DNA of 64,000 bases. Origin: an uncultured Clostridia bacterium. GTDB lineage: Bacteria; Bacillota; Clostridia; Oscillospirales; Ruminococcaceae. The stretch is from positions 10,362-74,361 of the forward strand of contig CAMUJF010000001.1 in the NCBI GenBank assembly GCA_947089135.1. The letters run 5' to 3'. This document shows, piece by piece, positions 1 to 8,915 of this stretch. The position numbers were made by a program, and so were the translations under genes. Under the pieces are notes generated by a model, which had not been told where the DNA came from, did no database searches, and was given only the letters and a program-made list of their open reading frames with translations. The stretch's first letter is position 1; each line of letters begins with the position of its first letter.

Positions 1-272
1 TGGATACCCGTAGGTATACCTCTTCCGTTGTCGGAAACGCGGATAACGTCTCCCTCCAAAATATCAACGGTTATCTGGGAGCAGTAGCCTGCCAAAGCCT
101 CGTCGATAGCATTGTCAACGATCTCATAAACAAGGTGGTGCAGACCCTTGGGACCCGTTGAACCGATATACATTCCGGGACGCTTCCGAACGGCTTCAAG
201 ACCCTCCAGCACCTGTATTTGATTTTCGTCATAGCTTTGATTGCTTTGAGTTTCGTTAAGGATATCAGACAT
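1..272 (-). CDS. gyrB: DNA gyrase subunit B, N-terminal fragment (runs off window edge)
   Basis: Own translation from ATG at 272 gives [62 protein letters not shown]..., the canonical GyrB N-terminus. Synteny is recF-remB-gyrB. It is absent from the ORF track because it is truncated. The listed 71..319 ORF is another frame. Confidence 0.93.
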   Translation of the reverse strand, partial: MSDILNETQSNQSYDENQIQVLEGLEAVRKRPGMYIGSTGPKGLHHLVYEIVDNAIDEALAGYCSQITVDILEGDVIRVSDNGRGIPTGI

Positions 273-319
273 TGTTGTGCCTCCGTTTCAGAGATTAAAA
301 ATAGAAATTTTTTTAACAT

Positions 320-589
320 TTAACGCTTTGCATACAAAGATCCCGCCCGTCCGCGTTTTTTAAGAGTCGCGGCTGAAATAGGGGAAATATATACTGAACA
401 GGTTTTGTTCTCGGAGCAGATTATAAATGATTTCGGCATATCATAACTGACGTTTTTTACCGAACCGCTTTTTCCCGCTGCGGCAAGAAATTCCTTTGTG
501 TGCTTGCTTACCGAAGTGTTTTCTATATCGAAAATACCGATAATGCCGTCCGCTCTGACAGCCGTGTCCTCGCCCAGATGAAGATACAT
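320..589 (-). CDS. DUF370 / RemB-like small protein
   Basis: The 89-aa ORF sits between recF and gyrB, the position of B. subtilis yaaB/remB. Size and sequence style fit DUF370. Confidence 0.7.
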   Translation of the reverse strand: MYLHLGEDTAVRADGIIGIFDIENTSVSKHTKEFLAAAGKSGSVKNVSYDMPKSFIICSENKTCSVYISPISAATLKKRGRAGSLYAKR

Positions 590-611
590 TTTACCGCTCC
601 TGTTCTTTGGT

Positions 612-1733
612 TTATTTGATTTCGGCTCTGCCGTTTTTCATTCTGAAAATTTTTCCCTCAGCCATATCCGTGACCGATCTTTCGTCGCAGCAGGTTATTA
701 TCACCTGCATATCGTCAATATTGTTGAGAATGAACCGCCGTCTTTTTTCATCCAGCTCGGACAAAACGTCGTCAAGTAGCATTACGGGATATTCTCCCTG
801 CTCCGCTTTCAGTATCCTCGCGTGGGCAAGCTTCATTGACAAAGCCGCGGAACGGGCTTGTCCCTGAGAACCGAAGTCCCGGACGGAAAGACCGTTTATA
901 TAAGCTCCTATATCGTCCCTGTGTACTCCCACTGTCGTAAAGCCTGCACGAAAATCATTTTCCGCAGAAGATTTAAGCTTTTCCGCGTACTCGGCTTCAA
1001 GCTTTTCTGTATCGTTTAACCGTCCGTCAAGCGTATCGTAAACCGTGGAATGATAGTACAGATCAAGATTTTCTTTTCCGTCGGTTATGGAGCTATAGAG
1101 AAGTTTGGTATAATTATTAAGGGTTATGCAAAAAGCGTATCTTAAAACCGAAATATAAGTTCCTGCTTTGACAAGCTGTTCGTTCCACACGTCCATAAAT
1201 TCCGCGCCCGAACCGTCGCGCCCTACTGACTTTAATGCAGCGTTTCTTTGGGCAAGTATCATATTGTACTTGTTAAGGGCGCTGACATAGGACGGTTTCA
1301 CCTGCGCGATAGAAAGATCTGCAAAGCTTCTGCGGTTATCGGGAGAACCCTTTATCAGATCCAAGTCCTCCGGAGTAAATACCACACAACGGAAGCTGCC
1401 GAACAGCTTTGACAGTAACGGGAGCTTTACTCCGTTGAGTGTAACGATCTTGTCTTTTACAGAACCTTTTCTGACCTCGAATTCTATCCGCTGACTTCTT
1501 ACCGAATCGGTAAAATCCATACCGACTCTTGCAGCGTCCTTTGTGAAGCCTATAAAATCCTTGTCCCGCGTTCCCCGAAAGGAACGGCAGCCCGAACAAA
1601 GCCAGACCGCTTCCACAAGATTGGTTTTTCCCTGAGCGTTCTCTCCGCAGATGATATTCATTTTCGGATCGAGCTCAATATCTATTTCTTCAAGGTTTTT
1701 ATAGCCGTCGGCGGTAATACGGTCGATTATCAC
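612..1733 (-). CDS. recF: DNA replication and repair protein RecF
   Basis: 373 aa with Walker A GENAQGKTN and an SMC-like architecture. Synteny is dnaN-yaaA-recF. Confidence 0.93.
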   Translation of the reverse strand: MIIDRITADGYKNLEEIDIELDPKMNIICGENAQGKTNLVEAVWLCSGCRSFRGTRDKDFIGFTKDAARVGMDFTDSVRSQRIEFEVRKGSVKDKIVTLNGVKLPLLSKLFGSFRCVVFTPEDLDLIKGSPDNRRSFADLSIAQVKPSYVSALNKYNMILAQRNAALKSVGRDGSGAEFMDVWNEQLVKAGTYISVLRYAFCITLNNYTKLLYSSITDGKENLDLYYHSTVYDTLDGRLNDTEKLEAEYAEKLKSSAENDFRAGFTTVGVHRDDIGAYINGLSVRDFGSQGQARSAALSMKLAHARILKAEQGEYPVMLLDDVLSELDEKRRRFILNNIDDMQVIITCCDERSVTDMAEGKIFRMKNGRAEIK

Positions 1734-1764
1734 ATCAACAGTCCTTTACCTTATAAATTTAAAA

Positions 1765-1974
1765 TTATTCAACGGTAATATCCTGTCCGTTTACCGTAAC
1801 GGTGTCTCCGCTGCGTATTTTTTTCCCCCGCATGGTGCATACCTCGCCGTTGACCTTTACTTTTCCGTCAAGGACAAGTTCCTTTGCCTCCGAGCCTATA
1901 GCAGCCGCTCCCGCGAATTTAAGGAGCTGATCCAGCTTGATAAAATCGGTAGTGATCTTTACTTTTTCGTCCAA
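1765..1974 (-). CDS. yaaA: S4-domain RNA-binding protein YaaA
   Basis: 69 aa with an S4-like fold sequence (..LDQLLKFAG...[17 protein letters not shown]..). It occupies the conserved position between dnaN and recF. Confidence 0.8.
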   Translation of the reverse strand: MDEKVKITTDFIKLDQLLKFAGAAAIGSEAKELVLDGKVKVNGEVCTMRGKKIRSGDTVTVNGQDITVE

Positions 1975-2088
1975 ATTTATTTACCTCGCTTTGTAATCGC
2001 AAATCGTACGAGCGGATATGAAAATCCTCCACCACGAAAGGCATAAATTTATGATTATTTTTTCTGTATTATCTAAACAAACCCCATC

Positions 2089-2171
2089 GCCCCCTTGAGG
2101 GGGCATTGCCAACTATAAAATCAACAGTAAAGTAAAATAGGGGGTGACTCACGCTGCAGGGCGTTCCCTGC
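2089..2171 (+). repeat. GC-hairpin repeat family, copy 1 (full)
   Basis: GCCCCCTTGAGGGGGC (2089-2104), a 35-nt spacer, then GGGGGTGACTCACGCTGCAGGGCGTTCCCTGC. The last base is part of the dnaN stop codon. Confidence 0.85.
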
Positions 2172-3277
2172 TATTCGGACTTCAGTCTCATGGGAAGAAC
2201 AAGGAATGTGTATGTGTTTCCCTCCATGGGAACAATTTTCATGGGCGAAAGTCCGCCGTTGAGCTGAAGCCTTACCTTGTCCGACTCGGAAGCTTTCAGC
2301 GCTTCGGAAAGATAACGGCAGTTAAAGCCTATCTCCACCGGAGGACCGGACATATCCGCCTCCATTTCATCATTAAGCTTTCCGAGAACGGAAGAACAAG
2401 ATATCTTTACCATTCCGTCCTTGAAAAGACACTTTACGGGAGCCTTTGCTTTTTCGTTTATAAGAAGCATACATCTGTCCAGACAGGCTATAAGCTCTCT
2501 CGCGTTTATGATTATCTCGGTGCTGTGCTTTTCGGGTATAGAGCCCTTGTAGTTGTGGAACTCTCCCTCCAGCAGCCTTGACAGAACCATGTACTTGCCT
2601 ATCTCAAAGGTAATATGTTTTTTGGAAACGTGCATTGTAACGCTTTCGTTCTCGTCGTCCTTAAGAAGCTTTGAGACCTCGGACAAGGCTTTTGCCTTTA
2701 CAACAAAATTGTAGTGGTCGTCCGACTCGATATTTTCCGAACGTACCGCAAGACGGTAGCCGTCTATGGCGACAAGGTTGAAATTGTGGTCGATTATATC
2801 AAAAAGCTCTCCCATAAGGATAGGCTTGTTATCGGCGACTGCTACCGCGAAAATTGTCTCGTTTATCATATTTTTCAGCATAGGCTGACGGACTGTGAAA
2901 TTGTCACCCGTGTCGTGATCGGGAATAGAGGGATATTCGTCCGCAGGCATTGCAAGTATTTTATATTCCGCTTTTGAGCCTCTGATAGTTGTGGTGAGAT
3001 TTTCGTCCACCTCTACCTCTATTGTCTCGGAGGGCATTTTTCTGATTATTTCGTTAAACAGTCTGCTATTAAGAATACACTCTCCCACATCATCGGACTG
3101 TACCTCTATCTTAGTCTGGATACCCAGCTCCAAATCGTAGCCGGTAAGCTCCAGAGAGTTTCTGTTAAGATAAAGCTTTACGCCCTCCAAAGCGGATATT
3201 GTTGACTTAGGAGGTACAGCTCTCGATACGTTTGCCAGAGCCTCGTTGATCTCCGCCTGTTTACATATGAATTTCAT
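2171..3277 (-). CDS. dnaN: DNA polymerase III beta sliding clamp
   Basis: 368 aa with typical clamp length and sequence. It lies immediately downstream of dnaA and oriC. Confidence 0.95.
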   Translation of the reverse strand: MKFICKQAEINEALANVSRAVPPKSTISALEGVKLYLNRNSLELTGYDLELGIQTKIEVQSDDVGECILNSRLFNEIIRKMPSETIEVEVDENLTTTIRGSKAEYKILAMPADEYPSIPDHDTGDNFTVRQPMLKNMINETIFAVAVADNKPILMGELFDIIDHNFNLVAIDGYRLAVRSENIESDDHYNFVVKAKALSEVSKLLKDDENESVTMHVSKKHITFEIGKYMVLSRLLEGEFHNYKGSIPEKHSTEIIINARELIACLDRCMLLINEKAKAPVKCLFKDGMVKISCSSVLGKLNDEMEADMSGPPVEIGFNCRYLSEALKASESDKVRLQLNGGLSPMKIVPMEGNTYTFLVLPMRLKSE

Positions 3278-3798
3278 TTTGTATTGAACAGTCCTTTCCT
3301 AATTGAGGTTATAATTTTAAGAAACAAAAAATTAGAAATAAAGTTTTCTTGCGTAAATATCATAAATATGATAATAATAATACAGCAGCAGAAGCAGAAG
3401 AGTTTGAAATGTTGAAACAACCGTTATCCCCCGCAGGGGACTTGCTTTGCTGTTCTACATACTCTCAGGTAAAAACTTGTGGAAAAAAGGAAACATTTTT
3501 TCCTGTGTTGAACAGCTGTTGAATACTTCTATACAATGTCAAAAAAATCTTAAAAGCTTTGTTGAAACTTTTACGGATCAACAAAATGTTGAAAAATACT
3601 TTATACAAAAAGTAATGTAACGGATTTACACTGTATAAAAAGGCAGTTTGCTGTTTTTAACAATGTTTTCAACACCCTGTGGAAAACTGATTTTACAACT
3701 GACTGTAATTTTTGCTTTACAATTTAAACGAAGCTTTTACGTGAGAAAAATAATACCGTTACGGTGTAAAGTTTAAAATGTTGAAATGAGTTTAAATA
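3278..3798. other. oriC candidate (dnaA-dnaN intergenic region with DnaA-box-like repeats and AT-rich tracts)
   Basis: The 521-bp non-coding gap lies between dnaA and dnaN. Two TGTGGAAAA boxes (3478-3486, 3678-3686) are the complement of TTTTCCACA, one mismatch from TTATCCACA. Seven TGTTGAA(A/C/T) repeats occur at 3410, 3506, 3517, 3560, 3587, 3665 (inverted) and 3779. An AT-rich stretch spans 3361-3385. Confidence 0.7.
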
Positions 3799-5145
3799 TT
3801 AATTGCTGCGTATGTTGTTGATGATGTCCTCGATCATTTCCCTTGAACGCGTGTCCTTTTTCATAAGCTTCTCAATGTCGTCGCAGTAGTAGATAATAGT
3901 GCTGTGATCTCTTGCTCCCAGTTCCATTCCTATTGCCTTAAAGGACATATCCGTTACGGATTTCAGCACATAGCAGCTTACTTTCCGGGCAATGGATATC
4001 TGAGCGCTGCGCTTTTTGGAAATGATGTCTTCGGAAGTGACTCCGTAAACGCTTCCCACCTCGTTCAGTATCCTGTCAAAGGTTATTGGAGCGGAGTTTT
4101 CCTCGGAAAGTATCTCCATTACCGCAAGTCTTGCCTGAGCCATTGTGGGGGGAGTGCCCACAAGGTGCTGACCTGCTTTAAGTTTTTTTACGCAGCCTTC
4201 AAGCTGTCTGATATTGGTTTTCAGCTTGTTGGCTATGTACTCCGCAACGTCGTCTGGGAGCTGCAAATTTAAAAGCTCCGCTTTGCGGCGGATTATAGCT
4301 ACTCTTGTTTCAAAGTCTGGTATTGATATATCCGCTATCAGACCCCATTCAAAGCGTGTTCTGATGCGGTCCTCCAGAGTTTTGATATCCTTTGGCGGAC
4401 GGTCCGAGGTCAGCACTATCTGCTTGCCCACCTTGTGGAGCTCGTTAAAGGTATGAAAAAATTCCTCTTGTGTGGAATCCTTGCCGGCAATGAACTGAAC
4501 GTCGTCAAGAAGCAGGATATCCGCGCCCCGGTATTTTTTATGGAACTCGCTTGTGTCTTTTTTCTGCTTGATAGCGTCGATAAGCTCGTTTGTAAAGGTC
4601 TCGCCCGTGACATAGATGATATTCATTGAGGGATTGAGACGCTTTATCTCGTTGCTTATGGCGGTCATAAGGTGTGTCTTTCCCAGTCCCGATGGACCGT
4701 GTATGAAAAGGGGATTGTAGGTGCTTCCCGGTTCCTTTGCGACCGACGTGCAGGCGGCGTATGCAAACTCGTTTGAGCGTCCTACTATAAAGGTATTAAA
4801 GGTATAGTCGTATTCGGCGTTGGAAAAAGATTCTTCAAGTTCTATGCGGCGCTTGTTGGGATCGTCGTCCTCTTCGGCTGAGGAATCGTCGGTGATTATG
4901 CTTATATCCACATCGAAGCCAAGGACTCCCGCAAGAGCCTCTTTGAGTATGCCTGTATAATTTTTTGTAATGATGTTTGCCTGAAATTCGGAAGGTACCG
5001 AAAAACAAGCGACGTCTCCGTCGAGCTTAACGGGGATCAGGGATTTGATCCACAGGCGGTAAGCCACGTCGGTAAGCTCTCCGCGCTCAATTTTTTCCAT
5101 GCAGTAATCCTGCACTTTGTCAAAAACTTCCACAAAGGATTTCAT
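3799..5145 (-). CDS. dnaA: Chromosomal replication initiator DnaA
   Basis: 448 aa with an AAA+ Walker A GPSGLGKTHL and a C-terminal DnaA DNA-binding signature (..GARDHSTIIYY..). Confidence 0.97.
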   Translation of the reverse strand: MKSFVEVFDKVQDYCMEKIERGELTDVAYRLWIKSLIPVKLDGDVACFSVPSEFQANIITKNYTGILKEALAGVLGFDVDISIITDDSSAEEDDDPNKRRIELEESFSNAEYDYTFNTFIVGRSNEFAYAACTSVAKEPGSTYNPLFIHGPSGLGKTHLMTAISNEIKRLNPSMNIIYVTGETFTNELIDAIKQKKDTSEFHKKYRGADILLLDDVQFIAGKDSTQEEFFHTFNELHKVGKQIVLTSDRPPKDIKTLEDRIRTRFEWGLIADISIPDFETRVAIIRRKAELLNLQLPDDVAEYIANKLKTNIRQLEGCVKKLKAGQHLVGTPPTMAQARLAVMEILSEENSAPITFDRILNEVGSVYGVTSEDIISKKRSAQISIARKVSCYVLKSVTDMSFKAIGMELGARDHSTIIYYCDDIEKLMKKDTRSREMIEDIINNIRSN

Positions 5146-5568
5146 ATTTTTATCTTCCCCTTTAGGCGTTCAGGCATATAGGACAGCCCGTTTTGGTTTT
5201 CTTTTGTTCATAAAAAACTAATTCAATATACTATTTATTATAGCATAATTTCCGATTGATTGCAAGGGTTTTGCCATACTTTAAGATCTGTTTTTGTAAA
5301 ATTTTATGTAGTTGATATTGTAAAATTACGCAAAAAAATGCGAAATAATGCGGAATAATCAGAGTAATAGCTGTTTGGGAGATAAACAGAAGAAAATTAT
5401 CAATAAAACAATGAGGAAACGGGGGATAAACGTAATATTAAAGGCTGTGCGATGAAATTTAATTTAATACTTATAGTATATAATTAGCAATTATATACAT
5501 TAATTTAGTTTAAAAGGATAAAAAAGGAATAAATTTCTTTTGCAATTGTGAATTTTTTTTAAAACCTC

Positions 5569-5598
5569 TTGACAGATATAACAGGAGTGTTATATAAT
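5569..5598 (+). promoter_or_regulatory. sigma-A type promoter of rpmH-rnpA
   Basis: TTGACA (5569-5574), an 18-nt spacer and TATAAT (5593-5598), about 95 nt upstream of rpmH. Confidence 0.65.
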
Positions 5599-5694
5599 TA
5601 ATCCTTAGATGGGAGATGGGACAGGTGTGTCTTTGTTTCAAGGATGTTTCAAGCTGTCCTGACTGATCAAACCGCACAGCAAGGAGGAGAAACA

Positions 5695-5829
5695 ATGAAA
5701 AGAACTTATCAGCCCAAGAAGCTTCACAGAAAAAAAGAGCACGGCTTTATGAAAAGAATGTCTACAAGAAACGGCCGCAAGGTTCTTGCGAGAAGAAGAG
5801 CCAAGGGCAGAGCAAGACTTACTCACTGA
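5695..5829 (+). CDS. rpmH: 50S ribosomal protein L34
   Basis: [44 protein letters not shown]. The start is moved from the ORF-track 5644 to ATG 5695 behind AAGGAGG. Confidence 0.97.
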   Translation: MKRTYQPKKLHRKKEHGFMKRMSTRNGRKVLARRRAKGRARLTH

Positions 5830-5854
5830 TTAGGTCTGAGCAAAACAAAATGAT

Positions 5855-5899
5855 AAGACCGCAGGGGGGTACAGTAACCTTTGTTGCGGTCTTTTTGTT
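5855..5899 (+). terminator. Rho-independent terminator after rpmH (partial, read-through to rnpA likely)
   Basis: Stem AAGACCGCA (5855-5863) pairs with TGCGGTCTT (5885-5893), followed by TTTGTTT. Confidence 0.6.
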
Positions 5900-5964
5900 T
5901 CAGTATTTTTACTTTATTGTTTTGCTGTTAATAAAAATATACTTTACTTCGGGTATTATTTTGT

Positions 5965-6348
5965 ATGAAATATACTGTTATTTTAAAGGAAAACAAGGAT
6001 TTCCTTAACGCCTATAAACGGGGCGGATATTCCGCGGGAAGAGTTGTTACGGTCTATTACCGCAGAAACGGCAGGGGAAAAAAGCGTTTGGGTATTACTG
6101 CCGGTAAAAAGGTTGGAAACGCTGTTGTCAGAAGCCGGTGCAGGAGGATAATCCGCGCCGCCTACAGAGAAAACGAGGAGCTTTTTCCGAAAGGCTTTGA
6201 TTATGTGATAGTTGCGCGTCCCGGCTGCGGAGACTGCAAGTCCACTCATATAAGCAAATTTCTGAAAAACAAGGCTTTGCCCTCAATTATCAAATCTATG
6301 GAGAAAAAAACGGAGGACAAAAGGTCTTCCGCAAGAGATAAAAAATAA
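5965..6348 (+). CDS. rnpA: Ribonuclease P protein component
   Basis: 127 aa and basic. It has the RNase P protein motif ..[28 protein letters not shown].., with rpmH-rnpA synteny. Confidence 0.92.
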   Translation: MKYTVILKENKDFLNAYKRGGYSAGRVVTVYYRRNGRGKKRLGITAGKKVGNAVVRSRCRRIIRAAYRENEELFPKGFDYVIVARPGCGDCKSTHISKFLKNKALPSIIKSMEKKTEDKRSSARDKK

Positions 6349-6361
6349 TATACAAAATGTA

Positions 6362-6676
6362 ATGAAACAAATATTATTACTTTTAGTAAAATTTTATCGA
6401 AAGAAAATCTCGCCGCTTAAAAAGCCCTGCTGCAAGTATTATCCCACTTGTTCGGCATATGCGCTTGCCGCTGTTGAAAAGCACGGTGCGCTGAAAGGTA
6501 CGGCTTTGGCGGTATGGAGGATACTTCGCTGCAATCCTTGGAGTCTTGGCGGGGTAGACGAGGTTCCCGACAAATTCGGTTTCTATACGCTCAGTAAACG
6601 CTACGGAAAGGGCAGGACTGTCCCTCTGCAGGAAATGGATTCGCATAGTGCGGGTACTCAGGGCGGCAATCAATGA
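6362..6676 (+). CDS. yidD: Membrane protein insertion efficiency factor YidD
   Basis: Conserved [12 protein letters not shown] and RCNPW motifs. Confidence 0.9.
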   Translation: MKQILLLLVKFYRKKISPLKKPCCKYYPTCSAYALAAVEKHGALKGTALAVWRILRCNPWSLGGVDEVPDKFGFYTLSKRYGKGRTVPLQEMDSHSAGTQGGNQ

Positions 6677-6756
6677 AGCACTGAATTGTTAAAAAATAAA
6701 CAATATGTTGTTATATCAAAAAATTATACGCAAAGTAAACATCATCGGAGGTAAAA

Positions 6757-7938
6757 ATGAGCGAAATAATCGGCGTCCCTCTTGGGTACATCATGTGGCT
6801 GATGTACCAGATCACACATAACTACGCATGGGCTATAATTCTTTTTACACTTATCACAAAGATAATACTTTTTCCTTTATCCGTAAAGCAGCAGAAATCT
6901 TCCGCTGCAATGGCGGCTTTTCAGCCTAAGTTGGAAAAACTGAAAAAACAGTACGGCAACAATCAGCAGAAGCTTCAGGAGGAGCAGATGAAGCTCTACT
7001 CCGAAGAGGGCATAAACCCTATGGCCTCATGTCTGCCGCTTTTTATACAGTTCCCTATATTGTACGGTATTTTCGACGTTGTGTACCGTCCGCTGACACA
7101 CATTCTCCATGCCGGCAAGGACGCTATAACGGCGGCTACGGAAATAACCAGAAATATTTTTACCGCAGACGGAGGAGCTGTTCCCGCTTATTTTGAGCAC
7201 CGTCCCGAAATATATATAGTAAAGGAAGTCCAGAAGGATCCTTCCGCTTTTTCTTCAATGGCTGAGCAGTTCCCCGACTTTGCCGAAAAGGTAGTAAACT
7301 TTAACAACAAGCTTTTCGGTATTGTGGATCTGGGCGATATACCTACTATTCACCCTGAAGTATGGAACACTGCTGCCGTTATCCTGCTGATGATTCCTAT
7401 TATGTCCGGCGTTATACAGCTTGTCATGACGATCTATATGCAGATACGTAATAAGAAGATGAATCCCGACGCTCCGAATATGGGCGGCATGAATATCATG
7501 CTTTACGTTATGCCTTTGTTTTCCGTATGGATCGCTTTCAAGTATCCTGCGGGTATCGGCTTCTACTGGACTATGTCCTCACTGTTCAGCTTTGTACAGT
7601 CTATTGTATTGTACCATATCTATACTCCCGAATATGTGGCTTCGCTGGTGGAAAAGGATAAAAATAAACGTAAGAAGAAAAACCGTCCCAATATGATGGA
7701 GCGTTACCAAAAGATCATGGAGGAGCAAATGTCTTCTCAAAACGGTCAGAGCGGAAGCTACAAGCCTAAGAGCGGCGCGGTGACCGCTAAGGTCTCCGAC
7801 GACGATGAGGAAGAGGGTTCTTCCGAAATAAAGATTTCCAGAGCAAAGCAAAAGGAATACGAGAAAATGATAATCCGCGAAGCAAGACGCAGACAAGCGG
7901 AGAAGTACGGCGAAGAATTTATCGACGACGACGATTGA
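6757..7938 (+). CDS. yidC: YidC/Oxa1 family membrane protein insertase
   Basis: 393 aa and multi-TM with a charged C-terminal tail. Synteny is rnpA-yidD-yidC-jag. Confidence 0.9.
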   Translation: MSEIIGVPLGYIMWLMYQITHNYAWAIILFTLITKIILFPLSVKQQKSSAAMAAFQPKLEKLKKQYGNNQQKLQEEQMKLYSEEGINPMASCLPLFIQFPILYGIFDVVYRPLTHILHAGKDAITAATEITRNIFTADGGAVPAYFEHRPEIYIVKEVQKDPSAFSSMAEQFPDFAEKVVNFNNKLFGIVDLGDIPTIHPEVWNTAAVILLMIPIMSGVIQLVMTIYMQIRNKKMNPDAPNMGGMNIMLYVMPLFSVWIAFKYPAGIGFYWTMSSLFSFVQSIVLYHIYTPEYVASLVEKDKNKRKKKNRPNMMERYQKIMEEQMSSQNGQSGSYKPKSGAVTAKVSDDDEEEGSSEIKISRAKQKEYEKMIIREARRRQAEKYGEEFIDDDD

Positions 7939-7984
7939 TAATAATTGATAAAAAAGATAAATTAAAGCGAAAGGATGAGTCGGT

Positions 7985-8803
7985 ATGGCAGAAAAAAGAG
8001 AAATTTTTACTGCGAAAACCATAGAGGAAGCTAAGGCTATGGCGGCGCAGAAATTCGGTACGGAGGAAAGCAGGATAAGCTTCAGCGTTATCGAAGAACC
8101 TAAAAAGGGTATTTTCGGAAAGGTAAAAGGCGAGGCAAAGGTCGAAGCTGTCTATGAGCAGTCTAAGGCTGAGGCTGCGGGAGATTACATCAGAACGATA
8201 CTGAAAAATATGGGTATCGAAAATGAAGTGAAAGTCACCGAAACAGAGGAAGGCGCGGTTATCGAGATACTGGGAGATACAACCGGCGCGGTTATAGGCA
8301 GACGTGGAGAGACTCTTGACGCTATCCAGTACCTTGCTTCAATGGCGGCAAACCGCGGAGATAAGGATTACTGCCGTATTACTGTGGACTGCTGCGGATA
8401 CCGCGAAAAAAGAAAGGCTATTCTTGAAGAGCTTGCAGTCAAGATTTCTAAAACCGTTTTACGCACAGGCAGGACTTCCGCGCTGGAGCCTATGAATCCC
8501 TATGAGAGAAGAATTATCCATTCGGCTGTTGCAAACATAGAGGGCGTTGTTTCCAAGAGCGTGGGAGAGGAGCCGTACCGCAAGGTAGTTATTTCCTCAA
8601 CTGCTCCAAGACGTGAAAGAAGAGACGGATACAAGGGCGACAGAGGAGACCGCAGACCACCTCGCCGCGACAAAAAGCCCGGCGAGTATACGCCACGCTC
8701 CATGGATATGATGAAGACCTCCTTTGAAAAGGACTACAAGCGTCCAAAGCCTGAGGACAGCAATCTTGTTGAGGGCGATCTTTACGGAAAGATAGATATT
8801 TAA
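7985..8803 (+). CDS. jag: Jag/KhpB RNA-binding protein (KH + R3H)
   Basis: 272 aa with an R3H motif region ..NPYERRIIHSAV.. and synteny with yidC. It carries an extra basic C-terminal tail of about 70 aa. Confidence 0.88.
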   Translation: MAEKREIFTAKTIEEAKAMAAQKFGTEESRISFSVIEEPKKGIFGKVKGEAKVEAVYEQSKAEAAGDYIRTILKNMGIENEVKVTETEEGAVIEILGDTTGAVIGRRGETLDAIQYLASMAANRGDKDYCRITVDCCGYREKRKAILEELAVKISKTVLRTGRTSALEPMNPYERRIIHSAVANIEGVVSKSVGEEPYRKVVISSTAPRRERRDGYKGDRGDRRPPRRDKKPGEYTPRSMDMMKTSFEKDYKRPKPEDSNLVEGDLYGKIDI

Positions 8804-8826
8804 ACTAAGTAATTTTTTGCTGTAAT

Positions 8827-8842
8827 TGTTCCACGTGGAACA
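8827..8842. promoter_or_regulatory. parS centromere site
   Basis: TGTTCCACGTGGAACA, a perfect palindrome matching the Firmicute parS consensus TGTTNCACGTGAAACA. It lies in the jag-mnmE spacer. Confidence 0.9.
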
Positions 8843-8860
8843 ATTTAAAAATGTTCATGC

Positions 8861-8898
8861 GGGAGCATGGGAGAATTCCCGTGTTCCCTTTTTCTTTT
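8861..8898 (+). terminator. Rho-independent terminator after jag
   Basis: GGGAGCATGGGA-gaat-TCCCGTGTTCCC (2 mismatches) followed by TTTTTCTTTT. Confidence 0.6.
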
Positions 8899-8915
8899 GG
8901 AGGTTATTGATAATT

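Noticed and set aside
71-319. The 82-aa ORF listed at the left edge.
   Set aside because: It is a different frame of the same strand, overlapping the unmistakable GyrB N-terminus (1-272).
2144-2581. The 145-aa plus-strand ORF starting in the repeat element (MTHAAGRSLLF..).
   Set aside because: It starts inside GC-hairpin repeat copy 1 and runs antisense through dnaN. It has no RBS and a junk-like composition.
8826-8915. The ORF-track N-terminal extensions beginning MFHVEQF / MFHVKQL (8826, 10881 region, 16616) and MENVPRGTFF (13728).
   Set aside because: These starts fall inside or next to parS palindromes (TGTTCCACGTGGAACA translates as FHVEQ). Conserved protein N-termini with proper RBSs lie downstream at mnmE 8916, soj 13842 and spo0J 14756.
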